Below are positions 8,614 through 19,448 of a DNA stretch of 64,000 nucleotides, piece by piece. The position numbers and the translations under genes are program-made. Below the pieces are notes generated by a model that worked only from the letters and a program-made list of their open reading frames with translations, ran no database searches and was not told the origin of the DNA. Position 1 is the first letter of the stretch. Each line of letters starts with the position of its first letter. The stretch covers positions 1 through 64,000 of the forward strand of contig JAUYLZ010000022.1 of NCBI GenBank assembly GCA_030698385.1, written 5' to 3'. Origin of the DNA: a bacterium (GTDB lineage Bacteria; Patescibacteriota; Patescibacteriia; Patescibacteriales; XYC2-FULL-47-12).

Positions 8614-9243
8614 CTATTTTTCTACAACATACTCGCCAGATACATAGCCAGTATGCCCGGCATCATCAATGACAAGCTTGTACCAATTAGTATCGGTTTT
8701 TTCCAGCCACTCATACTCCTCGCCGCTGTTTAATTTTTTGATAATATCTCCAGTCTCAACATCCGGTTCGGTGCGGACATTGAGCCAGCCCAGATCAGAA
8801 CTAACCTCTACTAATTTTCTCTCGGAAAAAATATCTCTTCCCTCCGAAGTCTCCGGCTGATTCTCACTATCTACAACCTCCGGCTCATTTTGAACAACCG
8901 CGTCTGTTTGGTCATTAGTCATGTCAGTACTATCATCCGCGACTTCTTCAGCGCTTGTTTGTTCATCTGATGTTTTATCATTATCTCCTAAAAGAGTGTC
9001 TTTAAAAAACCACGGATAAAGCCCAATTAAAACTATTACTAAGCAGATCAAAAGAAACGCCGTGCGCTTGATTAATTTATTCAGAAGTTGGCTCTCCAAA
9101 ATTGTTCCTTTTGGTTTGGAAAAACCATGAAAATCATTTAATTCTTTGATCTCTGTTTCCGCTTCGGCCAAAAGTTCTTTTAATTCTATAATTTCCTGAT
9201 CCTTTTTTTTGATCATTTCACGGTATCTTTTTTCATCAGTCAT
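8614..9243 (-). CDS. Membrane-anchored protein with coiled-coil N-terminus, acidic linker and C-terminal SH3b-like domain
   Basis: Single TM (LLICLVIVLIGLYPWFF), D/E-rich low-complexity region, and a C-terminal GWLNVRTEPD...YKLV...GYVSGEYV SH3b-type pattern. Confidence 0.5.
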   Translation of the reverse strand: MTDEKRYREMIKKKDQEIIELKELLAEAETEIKELNDFHGFSKPKGTILESQLLNKLIKRTAFLLICLVIVLIGLYPWFFKDTLLGDNDKTSDEQTSAEEVADDSTDMTNDQTDAVVQNEPEVVDSENQPETSEGRDIFSERKLVEVSSDLGWLNVRTEPDVETGDIIKKLNSGEEYEWLEKTDTNWYKLVIDDAGHTGYVSGEYVVEK

Positions 9244-9380
9244 AAATTTTCAGTAGTAAATTTAAGATGTGTATATTATTTATCATTATAGCACATCAAT
9301 AAAAATAAATTAAATCTTGGTAAATATTGACTAATTTATTGAAAGTTTCAAGCCACTTTTAGTTAAGTTAAAAACAAGAC

Positions 9381-9417
9381 TGCCTGACATCAAAAAAACC
9401 GCGATTTTATTCGCGGT
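9381..9417 (-). terminator. Intrinsic terminator downstream of 9438-9779
   Basis: Minus strand: GACCGCGA-ataaaa-TCGCGGT followed by TTTTTTT. Confidence 0.65.
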
Positions 9418-9437
9418 CTTTTTTTAATTTCTTGTAT

Positions 9438-9779
9438 TTAATGCATCGTACCACTGTCAGGCAAACTTTTCCATTCTTTTCTATTTATATATTTTAGCTT
9501 ATCAATATCATTTTTCATTGGTACAAGTTGTTCATCACCCCACCTGAGAACAGTTGATTCATTAGCTTTTTTCTTAAGTTCTTCTCTTATATCATTCATC
9601 TGATCTTGCAGGCCATTCATCTGATTTTGCAGGCCATTCATTTGATCCTGAACACCTTGAAAACTTTGATTAATAGAAGAAGTTATCAAAGTCTCTGAAA
9701 CTTCAATTCTTTTATCAACTTCTTGTTGTACAACACTTCTAACTATTTGTTCTATTTGTTTTAAATCTTCGGTATTCAT
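9438..9779 (-). CDS. Coiled-coil hypothetical protein with MNGLQxQ heptad repeats
   Basis: Repeats QDQMNGLQNQMNGLQDQMNDI. Terminator hairpin downstream at 9381-9417. Confidence 0.45.
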   Translation of the reverse strand: MNTEDLKQIEQIVRSVVQQEVDKRIEVSETLITSSINQSFQGVQDQMNGLQNQMNGLQDQMNDIREELKKKANESTVLRWGDEQLVPMKNDIDKLKYINRKEWKSLPDSGTMH

Positions 9780-9825
9780 ATTTACGTTAAAAAAATAGAT
9801 ATGTATTATAACACACTTGCCAATG

Positions 9826-11109
9826 CTATTTTTCTATCTCAATTTTGATATGATCAACCAGCGCCGGAACTTTGGTAATCCAACTGGGCGTAAACTCGAT
9901 ATCGTAGCCGGCGACTTCTCGCAGTGATGATAAATAATCATCCAGCTGCTCGCGAGTTAAGCCAACTAGCCTCTCCGGGTCAATGCTATCCGTTCCTTCT
10001 TTAAGAACCATTTGAGCCACCACCTCAACTTTTATATCGGCTGTTTTTTTGTCCAAATCATAATTTTCTACGCTATAGACGAAGTTGTCTTTTTCAAAAC
10101 TCTCCAGCTCTTTGTCATCCGGCAAGCTCTCGGTAATTTTTTGTAAAGCCAGATTAGCCACGTCAGTTGAATTAAAAGCAATAATCGCCGCGTCCGCCAT
10201 CGCCACAATACTGAATTGATCTATTTTTTCCCCAACTTCTGCGTCAATGCTATAAACAATTTTTTTGTCATCTAGTTCAAAAATAATACTGTCATAGGCT
10301 TTATATTTACTACCCTCGGACATTTGTTTAACTTGGTCAGCCAGTTTTTTTTCCAGAGTCTGTTTAGCTTTTTCAATATCTTGGCTCGTGACCAGCGCGT
10401 CGCCGATCTCTTCGTAAACGAACTTCTGCAAACTCTCCGCGTAAATTAGCTCCTGCGCGCTCGCGGATAATCCGGGGATAGTAAACTTCGTCGGGGCAAT
10501 GGCCATTTCCGGACCGTCTTGGTCCGCGTAGATTTCAACGTCTTCAACTTCACCGCCGGCCGGTACGCGCACTGTTTCATTCAGGTGAAAAAGCTTGTTA
10601 TCAGGAGAAAGCAGACGCGTGGTTTTTATCAGCGGTTGATCGCTGCGCGAGGTATTTTTTATATTTACATAACCAACAATTTTCGCGTCAACCACATTTT
10701 TACCGGATGCTTGAAACTTATCATTAGCGCTTAGAGATACTTTGTCTACAATGCCGGCAATACTCATGCTATTGGCGGCGTTAGCGACAGATGAATCAAC
10801 AATGCCGGCTACAAAACTTGTTCCTGTTCCTTCTTTGATTGGCACAATTGTTATCTTCACGCTGACAATCGAAAAATAAACTACTACCGCCACCAAAAGC
10901 AGAGTCAAAATTATGAAACTGGCCGCGATTTTTTTGTATATGCTAATTGGATGTGATTTTGACATATGGGATTTTTTTTCCTTTTTGTCATTTTTATTAA
11001 ACTTTTTGGCTGGCGCATCTGCCGCTAACTCCTCGTTTAGAAACGTTTCTTTGAAATTAACAGATTCATTTGTGCCGTCCTTGCGCCTAATTAATTTTTT
11101 CCTTGGCAT
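9826..11109 (-). CDS. Membrane-anchored hypothetical protein
   Basis: Basic cytoplasmic N-terminus, one TM helix (IAASFIILTLLLVAVVVYFSIV), then a ~350 aa extracytoplasmic region with no recognisable motif. Confidence 0.5.
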   Translation of the reverse strand: MPRKKLIRRKDGTNESVNFKETFLNEELAADAPAKKFNKNDKKEKKSHMSKSHPISIYKKIAASFIILTLLLVAVVVYFSIVSVKITIVPIKEGTGTSFVAGIVDSSVANAANSMSIAGIVDKVSLSANDKFQASGKNVVDAKIVGYVNIKNTSRSDQPLIKTTRLLSPDNKLFHLNETVRVPAGGEVEDVEIYADQDGPEMAIAPTKFTIPGLSASAQELIYAESLQKFVYEEIGDALVTSQDIEKAKQTLEKKLADQVKQMSEGSKYKAYDSIIFELDDKKIVYSIDAEVGEKIDQFSIVAMADAAIIAFNSTDVANLALQKITESLPDDKELESFEKDNFVYSVENYDLDKKTADIKVEVVAQMVLKEGTDSIDPERLVGLTREQLDDYLSSLREVAGYDIEFTPSWITKVPALVDHIKIEIEK

Positions 11110-11300
11110 AGTGTAAAAATGTCATCGTGAAAAGTTATATCCAAGGCATGGGGCGGGCAGAACTTAATAATCACAATAACTTAAAAAATAGTTAAACATC
11201 TACTATCATCCTAGCAAATAATCATTTTTTTGTCTAAGGGTTGACTAATTACTTATTTAATGTTTTTAATTTATTATAGTAGTTCAAAACCATTAGATCT

Positions 11301-14300
11301 TCATTTTACTGCATCCGGCCCCAAAAGCGATATCAGTTTATTTTTTAATAAATCATTATTATCAACCTTGAAACCGGTTTTCACAACCTTCCAGCCATCG
11401 CCATTTTTTAAATAAAAATATACCGGACTGGCGCCTTTATATTCTGACAAAAAATTTTTTATCCGCACTAAATTATCTTGATCATTAATGTCGGAAATTT
11501 TTAATTTAAGCGGCACTGGCGCCGCGCTCGCCAAATCTCCATCATATCCGTTATTAGACGAAAATTTTGAATAACCATTGCCATTGCCATTTTTTTGCCA
11601 GCGACCGTTTTTATCTTTATTTTTTATGACAAAATTTTTGGCCGCCGCTGCGGCGTTTTCCAAAGTGATTTGTTCGGCGGCAATACACACAACCTTTAAT
11701 TCATTATCTTTGGTGGAAATGCGTCCGCGGCAGATTACAACCTTGCCCTCCTGCCAAATTTCGCTGTTTTTTTTCAGCAATGAAGGAAAAACAATTGCCT
11801 CAATATAGGCTGTTTTATTTTCCAGACGGACAAAAAGCATAGACTCATTTTTTTTGGTAACAATTTTTTTCACACTGCCGACGACACCGGCAATATTGTA
11901 AAACTCCTCCGAGTCTGAACTGGTGATATTAACAATCGGCTTCACCTGATCTTTGATAATTTTGTCATACTCGTTAAACGGATGATCGGAAATATAAAGG
12001 CCGAGCAGCTCTTTTTCCCAGATTAATATTAGTTGCTTATCCGCTGCCGGCGCCTCCTTAATGCTGATGGTTGAGGCGATTTCTAATTCCGGCACAGTGG
12101 AAAAAAGGCTGTCCTGCCCGCGCTCTTGAGCCTGAGTTATTGTCCGGCTATATTCAAGCATTTTTTCCAAGTTTGCCAAAAGCTGGCCGCGCTCAGCCAT
12201 GGAATCAAAAGCGCCGACTTTTATCATGCTCTCCAGCGATTTTTTGTTCAGGTCCTTATCCTGCACACGGTTGAGAAAATCAGGAATATCTTTATACGGA
12301 CCGCCTTCCTTTCGCTCTTTTATTATCACCTCAGTTATATGAGCGCCGACATTTTTTATCGCCCGCAAACCGAAGCGTATGGTTTTTGAGGCTTCCGCGC
12401 TGACTTCATTTTTGGCCGTGCCGCTGGTAATTACCGCGAAATCAGCATATGACTCGTTTATATCCGGCGGCAGCACTTCAATACCCATATTATTACACTC
12501 TTCAATCATCACCGGCACACGGTCAATATCTTCCTGATCGGCCGTCATTAACGCGGCCATGAATTCAGTCGAATAATTAGCTTTTAGGTAAGCTGTTTGA
12601 TAGCCGATTAAAGCGTAACAGGCGGCATGAGCGCGATTGAATCCATAACCGGCAAATGGTTCAATAAACGCAAATATTTCTTCAGCTAATTCCGAACTAA
12701 TGCTATTTTTCACACAACCCTCAACAAACTTTATTTTTTGTTCACCCAAAAGCTTGGCGATTTTTTTTCCGACCGCTTTTCGCAACACATCAGCCTCACC
12801 CATGGTAAAACCCGCCAAATCGCGCGCCATCTGCATAACTTGCTCCTGATAAATCGCGACTCCATAAGTTTTTTTCAAAATCGGCTCCAGCTTTGGATGA
12901 AGATATTTTGGTTTTATACGTCCATGTTTGCCATTAATATAATCAGGAATCCACTCCATTGGACCGGGACGGTACAAAGCGACCATAGCGATAACATCTT
13001 CAAACTCGGTCGGCAGAAGCTCTTTTAAATACCGCTTCATGCCAGCGGACTCAAACTGGAATACGCCGGTTGAGTCGCCTCTTTGCAATAGTTCATAAGT
13101 ATTTTGATCATTAGTCGGCAGCGCGTCAACATCTATTTCAATGCCACGCGTTTTTTTGATAATTTTTAACGCAGATTCAATAATGGTTAAATTCTTCAGC
13201 CCCAAAAAATCCATCTTGAGCAATCCCAAATCTTCAACCGGATGCAGTGAATATTGCGATACGGCAAAGTTATCATCGCTGGAAGAAACAATTTGCACCG
13301 GCGCGTATTCTGTAACCGACTCCTTGGTAATCAAAACTCCGCAGGCATGCACGGAAGCATGCCGGATGACATTTTCTATTTTTTTGGCAGTATCGACGAT
13401 TTCACGCACTCCGGCTTCTGCCTCGTACAGAGCCTTAAGATCGGGGGTTTTTAATGCTTGCTCAATTGTTGAAAACATTGGGATTGCTTTGGAAATTTTA
13501 TCACAATACTCATAAGGATAATCCAAAACCCGCCCGACATCGCGCACCGCCGCCCGTGCCGCCATGGTCGCGAAGGTGATTATTTGCGCGACATGGTCTT
13601 TGCCGTATTTTTCCTCAACATAACGAATTACTTCATCACGCCGAATATCGGCAAAATCAAGATCAATATCAGGCATGGAGATTCTCTCCGGATTCAAAAA
13701 TCTTTCAAAAACCAGATCATAGTAAATCGGATCAAGATTGGTAATACCTAACAGATAAGAGACAAACGAGCCGGCCGCGCTGCCGCGTCCCGGACCGACA
13801 ACGATGCCATTTTCCTTTGCCCAATTGACAAAATCAGCAACAATTAAAAAATATGACGGATAACCCATCTTTTCAATAACCGTCAACTCATAATCAAGGC
13901 GCTCCCGAGCCTCATCACCTAATTCATCATAAGTTTTCCCATACCTGGTTTTTAGCCCTTCTTTGCATAAAACTTCAAGATAATCATTCTCGCTCTGATT
14001 ATTTGGCACGGCAAAATAAGGCAGCTGATACTCACCAAAGGTAATTTCAACATTGCACGCCTCGGCAATTTTACCTGTATTGGCAATCGCTTCAGGCGTG
14101 TCGCTAAAATCTGTCAGCATCTGCGCGGCCGAACGAACTGAATAATCCTCGCCCATCATGGTCAGGCGCGACACTTCTTTTTTCTTTCTTTTTGTCTGTA
14201 GGCACAAAAGCACGTCTTGTCCATCAGCATCATCGCTATTTAAGTAATGCGCGTCGTTGGTCGCGACCAATGGCGCGTTAAACTCTTTGCTTAACTTTTT

Positions 14301-14873
14301 TAAGGCATTATTAACATAGTCCTGTCCGCGCAAATTTGGGTGGTGCTGAACTTCCAGATAAAAATTTTCCTCGCCAAACAACTCTTGATAAAACTTGATT
14401 TTATCTTTCGCTTTTTCTTCCTGTCCGGATAGTATCAAAGTCGGTATTTCGCCGTTTAAACAGGCGCTCAGCCCAATTAAGCCTTCATGATGCTCGCGTA
14501 ATAACTCATCATCAACGCGCGGTTTGTAATAATATCCTTCCAGATGCGCCTTGCTCACCAATTGGATTAAATTATGATAACCGATATTATTCTTCGCGAG
14601 CAATAATAAGTGGTATCTTTTTTCGTCAACTTTGGCGCGCTTATTATGCCGGCCGTTGGGCGCCAGATACATCTCACAACCAATGATAGGCTTAATACCT
14701 TCTTTGAGGCAGGCTTGATAAAACTCAATCACGCCATACATAACCCCGTGGTCGGTAATGGCGACCGCCTCGCCGCCGTCTTCTTTTATTTTTTTTACCA
14801 AATCTTTGGGCTTAATCAAACCATCAAGCAAAGAGTAATGGGTATGTAAATGTAGATGTGTAAACTTTGACAT
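11301..14873 (-). CDS. dnaE: DNA polymerase III alpha subunit
   Basis: PHP-domain N-terminus HLHLHTHYSLLDGL, polymerase core motifs, and OB-fold tail; 1190 aa. Confidence 0.95.
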   Translation of the reverse strand: MSKFTHLHLHTHYSLLDGLIKPKDLVKKIKEDGGEAVAITDHGVMYGVIEFYQACLKEGIKPIIGCEMYLAPNGRHNKRAKVDEKRYHLLLLAKNNIGYHNLIQLVSKAHLEGYYYKPRVDDELLREHHEGLIGLSACLNGEIPTLILSGQEEKAKDKIKFYQELFGEENFYLEVQHHPNLRGQDYVNNALKKLSKEFNAPLVATNDAHYLNSDDADGQDVLLCLQTKRKKKEVSRLTMMGEDYSVRSAAQMLTDFSDTPEAIANTGKIAEACNVEITFGEYQLPYFAVPNNQSENDYLEVLCKEGLKTRYGKTYDELGDEARERLDYELTVIEKMGYPSYFLIVADFVNWAKENGIVVGPGRGSAAGSFVSYLLGITNLDPIYYDLVFERFLNPERISMPDIDLDFADIRRDEVIRYVEEKYGKDHVAQIITFATMAARAAVRDVGRVLDYPYEYCDKISKAIPMFSTIEQALKTPDLKALYEAEAGVREIVDTAKKIENVIRHASVHACGVLITKESVTEYAPVQIVSSSDDNFAVSQYSLHPVEDLGLLKMDFLGLKNLTIIESALKIIKKTRGIEIDVDALPTNDQNTYELLQRGDSTGVFQFESAGMKRYLKELLPTEFEDVIAMVALYRPGPMEWIPDYINGKHGRIKPKYLHPKLEPILKKTYGVAIYQEQVMQMARDLAGFTMGEADVLRKAVGKKIAKLLGEQKIKFVEGCVKNSISSELAEEIFAFIEPFAGYGFNRAHAACYALIGYQTAYLKANYSTEFMAALMTADQEDIDRVPVMIEECNNMGIEVLPPDINESYADFAVITSGTAKNEVSAEASKTIRFGLRAIKNVGAHITEVIIKERKEGGPYKDIPDFLNRVQDKDLNKKSLESMIKVGAFDSMAERGQLLANLEKMLEYSRTITQAQERGQDSLFSTVPELEIASTISIKEAPAADKQLILIWEKELLGLYISDHPFNEYDKIIKDQVKPIVNITSSDSEEFYNIAGVVGSVKKIVTKKNESMLFVRLENKTAYIEAIVFPSLLKKNSEIWQEGKVVICRGRISTKDNELKVVCIAAEQITLENAAAAAKNFVIKNKDKNGRWQKNGNGNGYSKFSSNNGYDGDLASAAPVPLKLKISDINDQDNLVRIKNFLSEYKGASPVYFYLKNGDGWKVVKTGFKVDNNDLLKNKLISLLGPDAVK

Positions 14874-15093
14874 AGTCTTATGACTTTATAAACTGTCTTA
14901 TCCTATAAGTTAAATCTGCTATAAAAATTTAAGGTAAAATAATAAAACGAGGGATAATTACATCCTCCGCCTCCTTGTTTTTTGATTTGATACTACTATT
15001 TATTATACATTCAAACTCATCACTAAGCAAATAAAAAAATCACTTAAGTATTGCCTTAAGCGATTAGTACTTTTTTTTAATAATTAAAAACTT

Positions 15094-15384
15094 TTATTTT
15101 TTCTTTTTCTTCTCATTACCGGAATGCTCTTTGACAAGTTCCATCACCTTTTTCGCTCCTTCGGCAAAAACCGAAAGGTAGGCGGCGCTATGCTCAATTT
15201 TTTCCTTGGTTGCCTTGATGGTTTCATTAATATTTTTAATAATTTCCTCAATACCTTTAATCATGTTTGAAGAGCGTCTGATTATTTGGACAATATAAAA
15301 TATTCCCCAGCAGAAAAAAATTGTAAACAGCCCAACGCAGGCCGAAATTGTTATCCAAAAAATATCTTGTGATGTGGCTATCAT
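15094..15384 (-). CDS. Small membrane protein, hypothetical
   Basis: One to two TM helices and a Lys-rich tail; no clear SD. Confidence 0.35.
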   Translation of the reverse strand: MIATSQDIFWITISACVGLFTIFFCWGIFYIVQIIRRSSNMIKGIEEIIKNINETIKATKEKIEHSAAYLSVFAEGAKKVMELVKEHSGNEKKKKK

Positions 15385-15400
15385 AAAAAAATTATAAAAA

Positions 15401-15718
15401 TTAATCTAAGTCTATTTTTATGCCGCCGACAAATCTAATTTTGACGGCATAGTTATAAAGACGGGCAAAAATATAACCGGTAATATACCCGACAAAAGCG
15501 CCGACCAAGGCGCTGATTAAACCGACCAAGCAACCGACAACCAGGTATAGAATTGAAGCGGTGATGAATTCTCCAACGCCGGCGTAACCTTCAAAAAAAT
15601 AAACATTAATAATATTTGCCACCGCTAAAGCAATACCATAAAAAAAACCGATTATCGCTGTAAAAAAAGCGTATAAATTTGCCACTGATTTTGGATCAAT
15701 TTTTTTTATTGTTCTCAT
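15401..15718 (-). CDS. Small polytopic membrane protein, hypothetical
   Basis: SD AAAGGAGG immediately upstream of the ATG; three predicted TM helices. Confidence 0.5.
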   Translation of the reverse strand: MRTIKKIDPKSVANLYAFFTAIIGFFYGIALAVANIINVYFFEGYAGVGEFITASILYLVVGCLVGLISALVGAFVGYITGYIFARLYNYAVKIRFVGGIKIDLD

Positions 15719-15751
15719 ATGCCTCCTTTAACCGCTTAAAAACTTAATTAT

Positions 15752-18154
15752 TTAAAAACCGCGTAATGACGCATTAAATTTTTTATTAAGATTAACGACA
15801 ATTTTTTTCTGAACATTATCCACTTCTTCGCCGGTAAGAGTTTTTTCCTGGCTGGCAAAAGTAATATGCATGGCAATGTTTTTCTTGCCAACAGCTATTT
15901 TATCACCGATGTAGATATCAAAGACTTCCACATCCCTTATCAGCTTATTGACTTTCATGATTTCAGCTCTGATGTCATTATACAACACTTTTTCATCAAT
16001 CACAAAAGCCAGGTCGCGGATTAAATCCGGATACTTATTTTTCGGAGAATATGTCTTGGTTTTTAATAATTCAAGCATTGGGGAAATTTCCAGCTCCGCA
16101 ACCACTGCATCGGTTTTTAAGCCATTTTTCTTGGCAGTTTGTTTGTCTATGATGCGCAGACTGCCGACCGCGGCATTGTTTAAATGTAAAGTTGCTCCGC
16201 TAACACTGGTAGTAAACTGAAATTCCAAGTCAAGTTCTTTTGCCAAAAATTCAATTACTCCTTTTAATTTTTTGAAATTTTCACCAACTTCTTTTTCTGA
16301 ACGCGCATATACCAGTCCCAAAATCATTTTTTGCTTGGGAAGTTTTTCTTTTGTCTTGTTGTCCTTTCGCAGTTCTTTTTCTTCACTAATAAAAATATTG
16401 CCGATTTCAAACAGTTTTATAACTGCGAAATTTCTTTGATTGGTGACAACATTCTGTATCAGATGCGGAATTAAATTTCGCCGCAGCAATGTGTGTTCAT
16501 TGGTCAATGGATTGGCTAACTTTATATAAAAATCACTTTCTAAACCCAGTTTCTTCACTTGTGCTTCATTTACAAAAGCGTAATTATAAGTCTCGCTTAA
16601 ACCGGCTTGAACCAGAATGTCTTTAATTTTGTTGCGAAAATTAAGTTCAACATTTTTTTCCGGCGCCTCCATTTTAACCATTGGCATTTCGGACTTGATA
16701 TTATTGTAGCCATAAATGCGAGCGACCTCCTCAATAATATCTTCAGGAATAGAAATATCTTTGGTGGCCCGCCAAGTTGGAACTTTGACGATCAACTTTT
16801 TATCGCCGCTGACAGTGAAACCGAGATTTTGCAGTATTTCGGCTGCTTTATTGCTTGGTATTTGTGAACCGATTTTTTTCTGCAGCCACTCCACATCAAC
16901 TTCTATCGGTCCTTGATTGAGCTTGAATTTATGAATATCAACCAAATGGCTGACGACTCTTGCTTGCGGGCATGACTTTTTAATTAATTCAAAAATTCGC
17001 TGCAGAGCCTCAGCGCACAAATTCGGATCAAGGGATTTTTCGTAGCGCTGTGAACTCTCGGTACGCAAGCCTAATTTTTGCGATGTCTTGCGAATGGACA
17101 CTGCGTCAAAATTAGCTGATTCCAGCGTAATGCTTGTCGTAGCGCCGTCAATTTCCGAATTTCCCGCGCCCATCACGCCGGCGATGGCTACCGGCTCTTG
17201 GCCATTGGTAATTAATAACATTTCTTTAGCCAACTTTCTTTTTTCTCCATCTAAAGTAGTGATTGCTTCATTTTGTTTGGCAAGACGAATGGAAATTTTT
17301 TGACCAATTTTTTTCGTATCAAAGGCATGAGTTGGCTGGCCAATTTCAAGCATTACGTAATTAGTAATATCAACAACATTATTAATCGGACGCATACCGC
17401 AAGCGCGCAAACGATTTTGAATCTTTTCGGCAGATGGTTTTATCTCAATACCGTCAATGGTTATGGCCATATAACGAGGGCAAATTTTTTGATCTTGTAC
17501 GTCTACACTCAAGACTTTATTACTTTTAGCAACCTCAAGCGCTGACTGAGGGTAAACTTTTAGCGGTTTATCCAGCCAGACGGAAATATCCCGAGCCAGG
17601 CCGTAATGACTCCAAAGATCCGGCCGATGCGTCATGGACTTATTGTCAATATCAAATATCACATCATCCATGCCTAACGCGGTTGCCAAATTTTCTCCAA
17701 CTTTATAATCGCCTTTTAGATCAACGACTTCATCATCGCTTTTTGCCGGGAATAAGTTCTCCAGCCCAATTTCACTAGACGCGCAAATCATTCCTGAAGA
17801 CTCCTCGCCGCGAATCGTCGCTTTTCCCAGCGCAACCAAATCGCCTTGTCCGTGCCAACGAACCTGCGCTCCGATTTTTGCAAAAACGACCAGCATGCCT
17901 TCATACAAATTACCGCCGCCGCAGACGACTCGGCACTTTTCACTGCCAATATCAACCATTACCAATTTTAACTTGTCGGCATTGGGATGAGCTTCAATTT
18001 TTATAATTCTGCCTACCACGATATTTTCAAAATCCTGAGCTAAATTTTTCACTCCTTCAACCTCAACCGTATGCAATGTCAAAAGTTCTCCGAATTTCTC
18101 CGGACTTATATCTATATCAACATATTCTTTTAACCAAGCTAGGGATAGCAACAT
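15752..18154 (-). CDS. pheT: Phenylalanine--tRNA ligase beta subunit
   Basis: MLLSLAWLKEYVDIDISPEKFGELLTLHTVEVEGV N-terminus plus B3/4 and FDX-ACB region organisation. Confidence 0.9.
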   Translation of the reverse strand: MLLSLAWLKEYVDIDISPEKFGELLTLHTVEVEGVKNLAQDFENIVVGRIIKIEAHPNADKLKLVMVDIGSEKCRVVCGGGNLYEGMLVVFAKIGAQVRWHGQGDLVALGKATIRGEESSGMICASSEIGLENLFPAKSDDEVVDLKGDYKVGENLATALGMDDVIFDIDNKSMTHRPDLWSHYGLARDISVWLDKPLKVYPQSALEVAKSNKVLSVDVQDQKICPRYMAITIDGIEIKPSAEKIQNRLRACGMRPINNVVDITNYVMLEIGQPTHAFDTKKIGQKISIRLAKQNEAITTLDGEKRKLAKEMLLITNGQEPVAIAGVMGAGNSEIDGATTSITLESANFDAVSIRKTSQKLGLRTESSQRYEKSLDPNLCAEALQRIFELIKKSCPQARVVSHLVDIHKFKLNQGPIEVDVEWLQKKIGSQIPSNKAAEILQNLGFTVSGDKKLIVKVPTWRATKDISIPEDIIEEVARIYGYNNIKSEMPMVKMEAPEKNVELNFRNKIKDILVQAGLSETYNYAFVNEAQVKKLGLESDFYIKLANPLTNEHTLLRRNLIPHLIQNVVTNQRNFAVIKLFEIGNIFISEEKELRKDNKTKEKLPKQKMILGLVYARSEKEVGENFKKLKGVIEFLAKELDLEFQFTTSVSGATLHLNNAAVGSLRIIDKQTAKKNGLKTDAVVAELEISPMLELLKTKTYSPKNKYPDLIRDLAFVIDEKVLYNDIRAEIMKVNKLIRDVEVFDIYIGDKIAVGKKNIAMHITFASQEKTLTGEEVDNVQKKIVVNLNKKFNASLRGF

Positions 18155-18160
18155 AGAAGT

Positions 18161-19207
18161 TTAAAACTGATTCAAAAAACTCATATCACCGGAATTAAAC
18201 AAACGGATATCATCAATGCCATACTTAAGCATGGCCAGACGCTCAATACCGGTGCCAAAGGCAAACCCCTGAAATTTATCCGGATCAATGCCGCCGGCGC
18301 GCAAAACATTCGGATGCACCAGTCCGGCGCCGAGCATTTCCACCCAGCCGGTTTTTTTACAGACCGAACAACCGCGTCCATTACAAAAAACACAGCTCAT
18401 CTCAACTTCCAATCCCGGTTCAACAAAGGGGAAATAGCCGGGACGCATGCGGATATTAACTTCTTTTTGGTAAAAACCGGAAAACATCTCTTTCAAAACG
18501 CCAGCCAAATTAGCCAGCGAAATACGCTCGTCAATCATCAAACCTTCAATCTGGTAAAACGTATGTTCGTGGCTGGCGTCAATATTTTCGTTGCGATAAA
18601 TTTTGCCCAAAGCTACCGCGCGCAGGGGCGCGCCGTATTTTTCCATGGCCCGTACCTGCACATTTGAGGTATGCGTGCGCATGACTAAATCATATTCGCC
18701 GGCTTTATTTTTTTGATCAATAAAAAAAGTATCTTGCATATCGCGCGCCGGATGCGTTTTTGGAATGTTAAGCGCCTCAAAGTTGTAATAATCGCTTTCC
18801 AGCTCCGGCCCTTCCAGAATTTTGAAACCCATGGATAAAAATATGCGCTCCAAATCGCGCTGAACCTGTGTCAGAGGATGAAGATGCCCGCCTTCAATTT
18901 TAACACCGGGCAAAGTCACGTCGATAAATCCATCTTTTTCGTCTATTGAGCCAAATTTATTTTTTAATTCAACTATCTTATCCATCACTTCATCGCGCAG
19001 TTGCTGGGCTTGTTGCGCCACTGCTTTTTTCTCTTTTTCCGGCAGGCTTTTTAATTCTTTAAAAACAGCGGCTAACTCGCCTTTTTTGCCAAGATATTTT
19101 TTTTCAACTTTTTCTATATCAAAAATATCAGCTATGCCAGCCAGCTGAGACAAAACTTCTTGTTTTAAATTTTGCAATTTATTTTTCATAAATATCGTGT
19201 TTTCCAA
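18161..19207 (-). CDS. pheS: Phenylalanine--tRNA ligase alpha subunit
   Basis: Class II aaRS motifs (FPFVEPGLEVEMSC, GAGLVHPNVL). Real start is probably the internal Met at 19189. Confidence 0.9.
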   Translation of the reverse strand: MENTIFMKNKLQNLKQEVLSQLAGIADIFDIEKVEKKYLGKKGELAAVFKELKSLPEKEKKAVAQQAQQLRDEVMDKIVELKNKFGSIDEKDGFIDVTLPGVKIEGGHLHPLTQVQRDLERIFLSMGFKILEGPELESDYYNFEALNIPKTHPARDMQDTFFIDQKNKAGEYDLVMRTHTSNVQVRAMEKYGAPLRAVALGKIYRNENIDASHEHTFYQIEGLMIDERISLANLAGVLKEMFSGFYQKEVNIRMRPGYFPFVEPGLEVEMSCVFCNGRGCSVCKKTGWVEMLGAGLVHPNVLRAGGIDPDKFQGFAFGTGIERLAMLKYGIDDIRLFNSGDMSFLNQF

Positions 19208-19448
19208 CCGAAAGAAAAAAAATATCCCCGCCGTCTATTCTGTCAAAAATAATTCTATAATCCATAGTAACTGATATTGACCAAGAGTTTTCCAATCTGC
19301 CGCGCAATTGATGCAAGCGCAAACTTGGGTGTAGTGGGTTATTCTTAAAAATTGTCTCTATTTTGACAACCTGCTTTTTTATATGGTTTGGTAACTTGGA
19401 AAATAGTTTAATGAATTTTTTACTATAATAAATATTCTTTACGATCAT
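19179..19448 (-). CDS. RelE/ParE-family type II toxin
   Basis: Carries NPLHPSLRLHQLRGRLENSWSISVTMDYRIIFD and a GKHDIYEK C-terminus. Overlaps the upstream antitoxin by 4 nt and pheS by 11-29 nt. Confidence 0.75.
   Translation of the reverse strand: MIVKNIYYSKKFIKLFSKLPNHIKKQVVKIETIFKNNPLHPSLRLHQLRGRLENSWSISVTMDYRIIFDRIDGGDIFFLSVGKHDIYEK

Noticed and set aside
12071-13515. Several 60-120 codon plus-strand ORFs inside dnaE
   Set aside because: All are antisense to a 1190 aa gene with unambiguous polymerase motifs. They are typical shadow ORFs.
15094-15384. Treating this small ORF as confidently real
   Set aside because: It has no SD, a poly-Lys tail and small size. It is kept as a low-confidence feature only.
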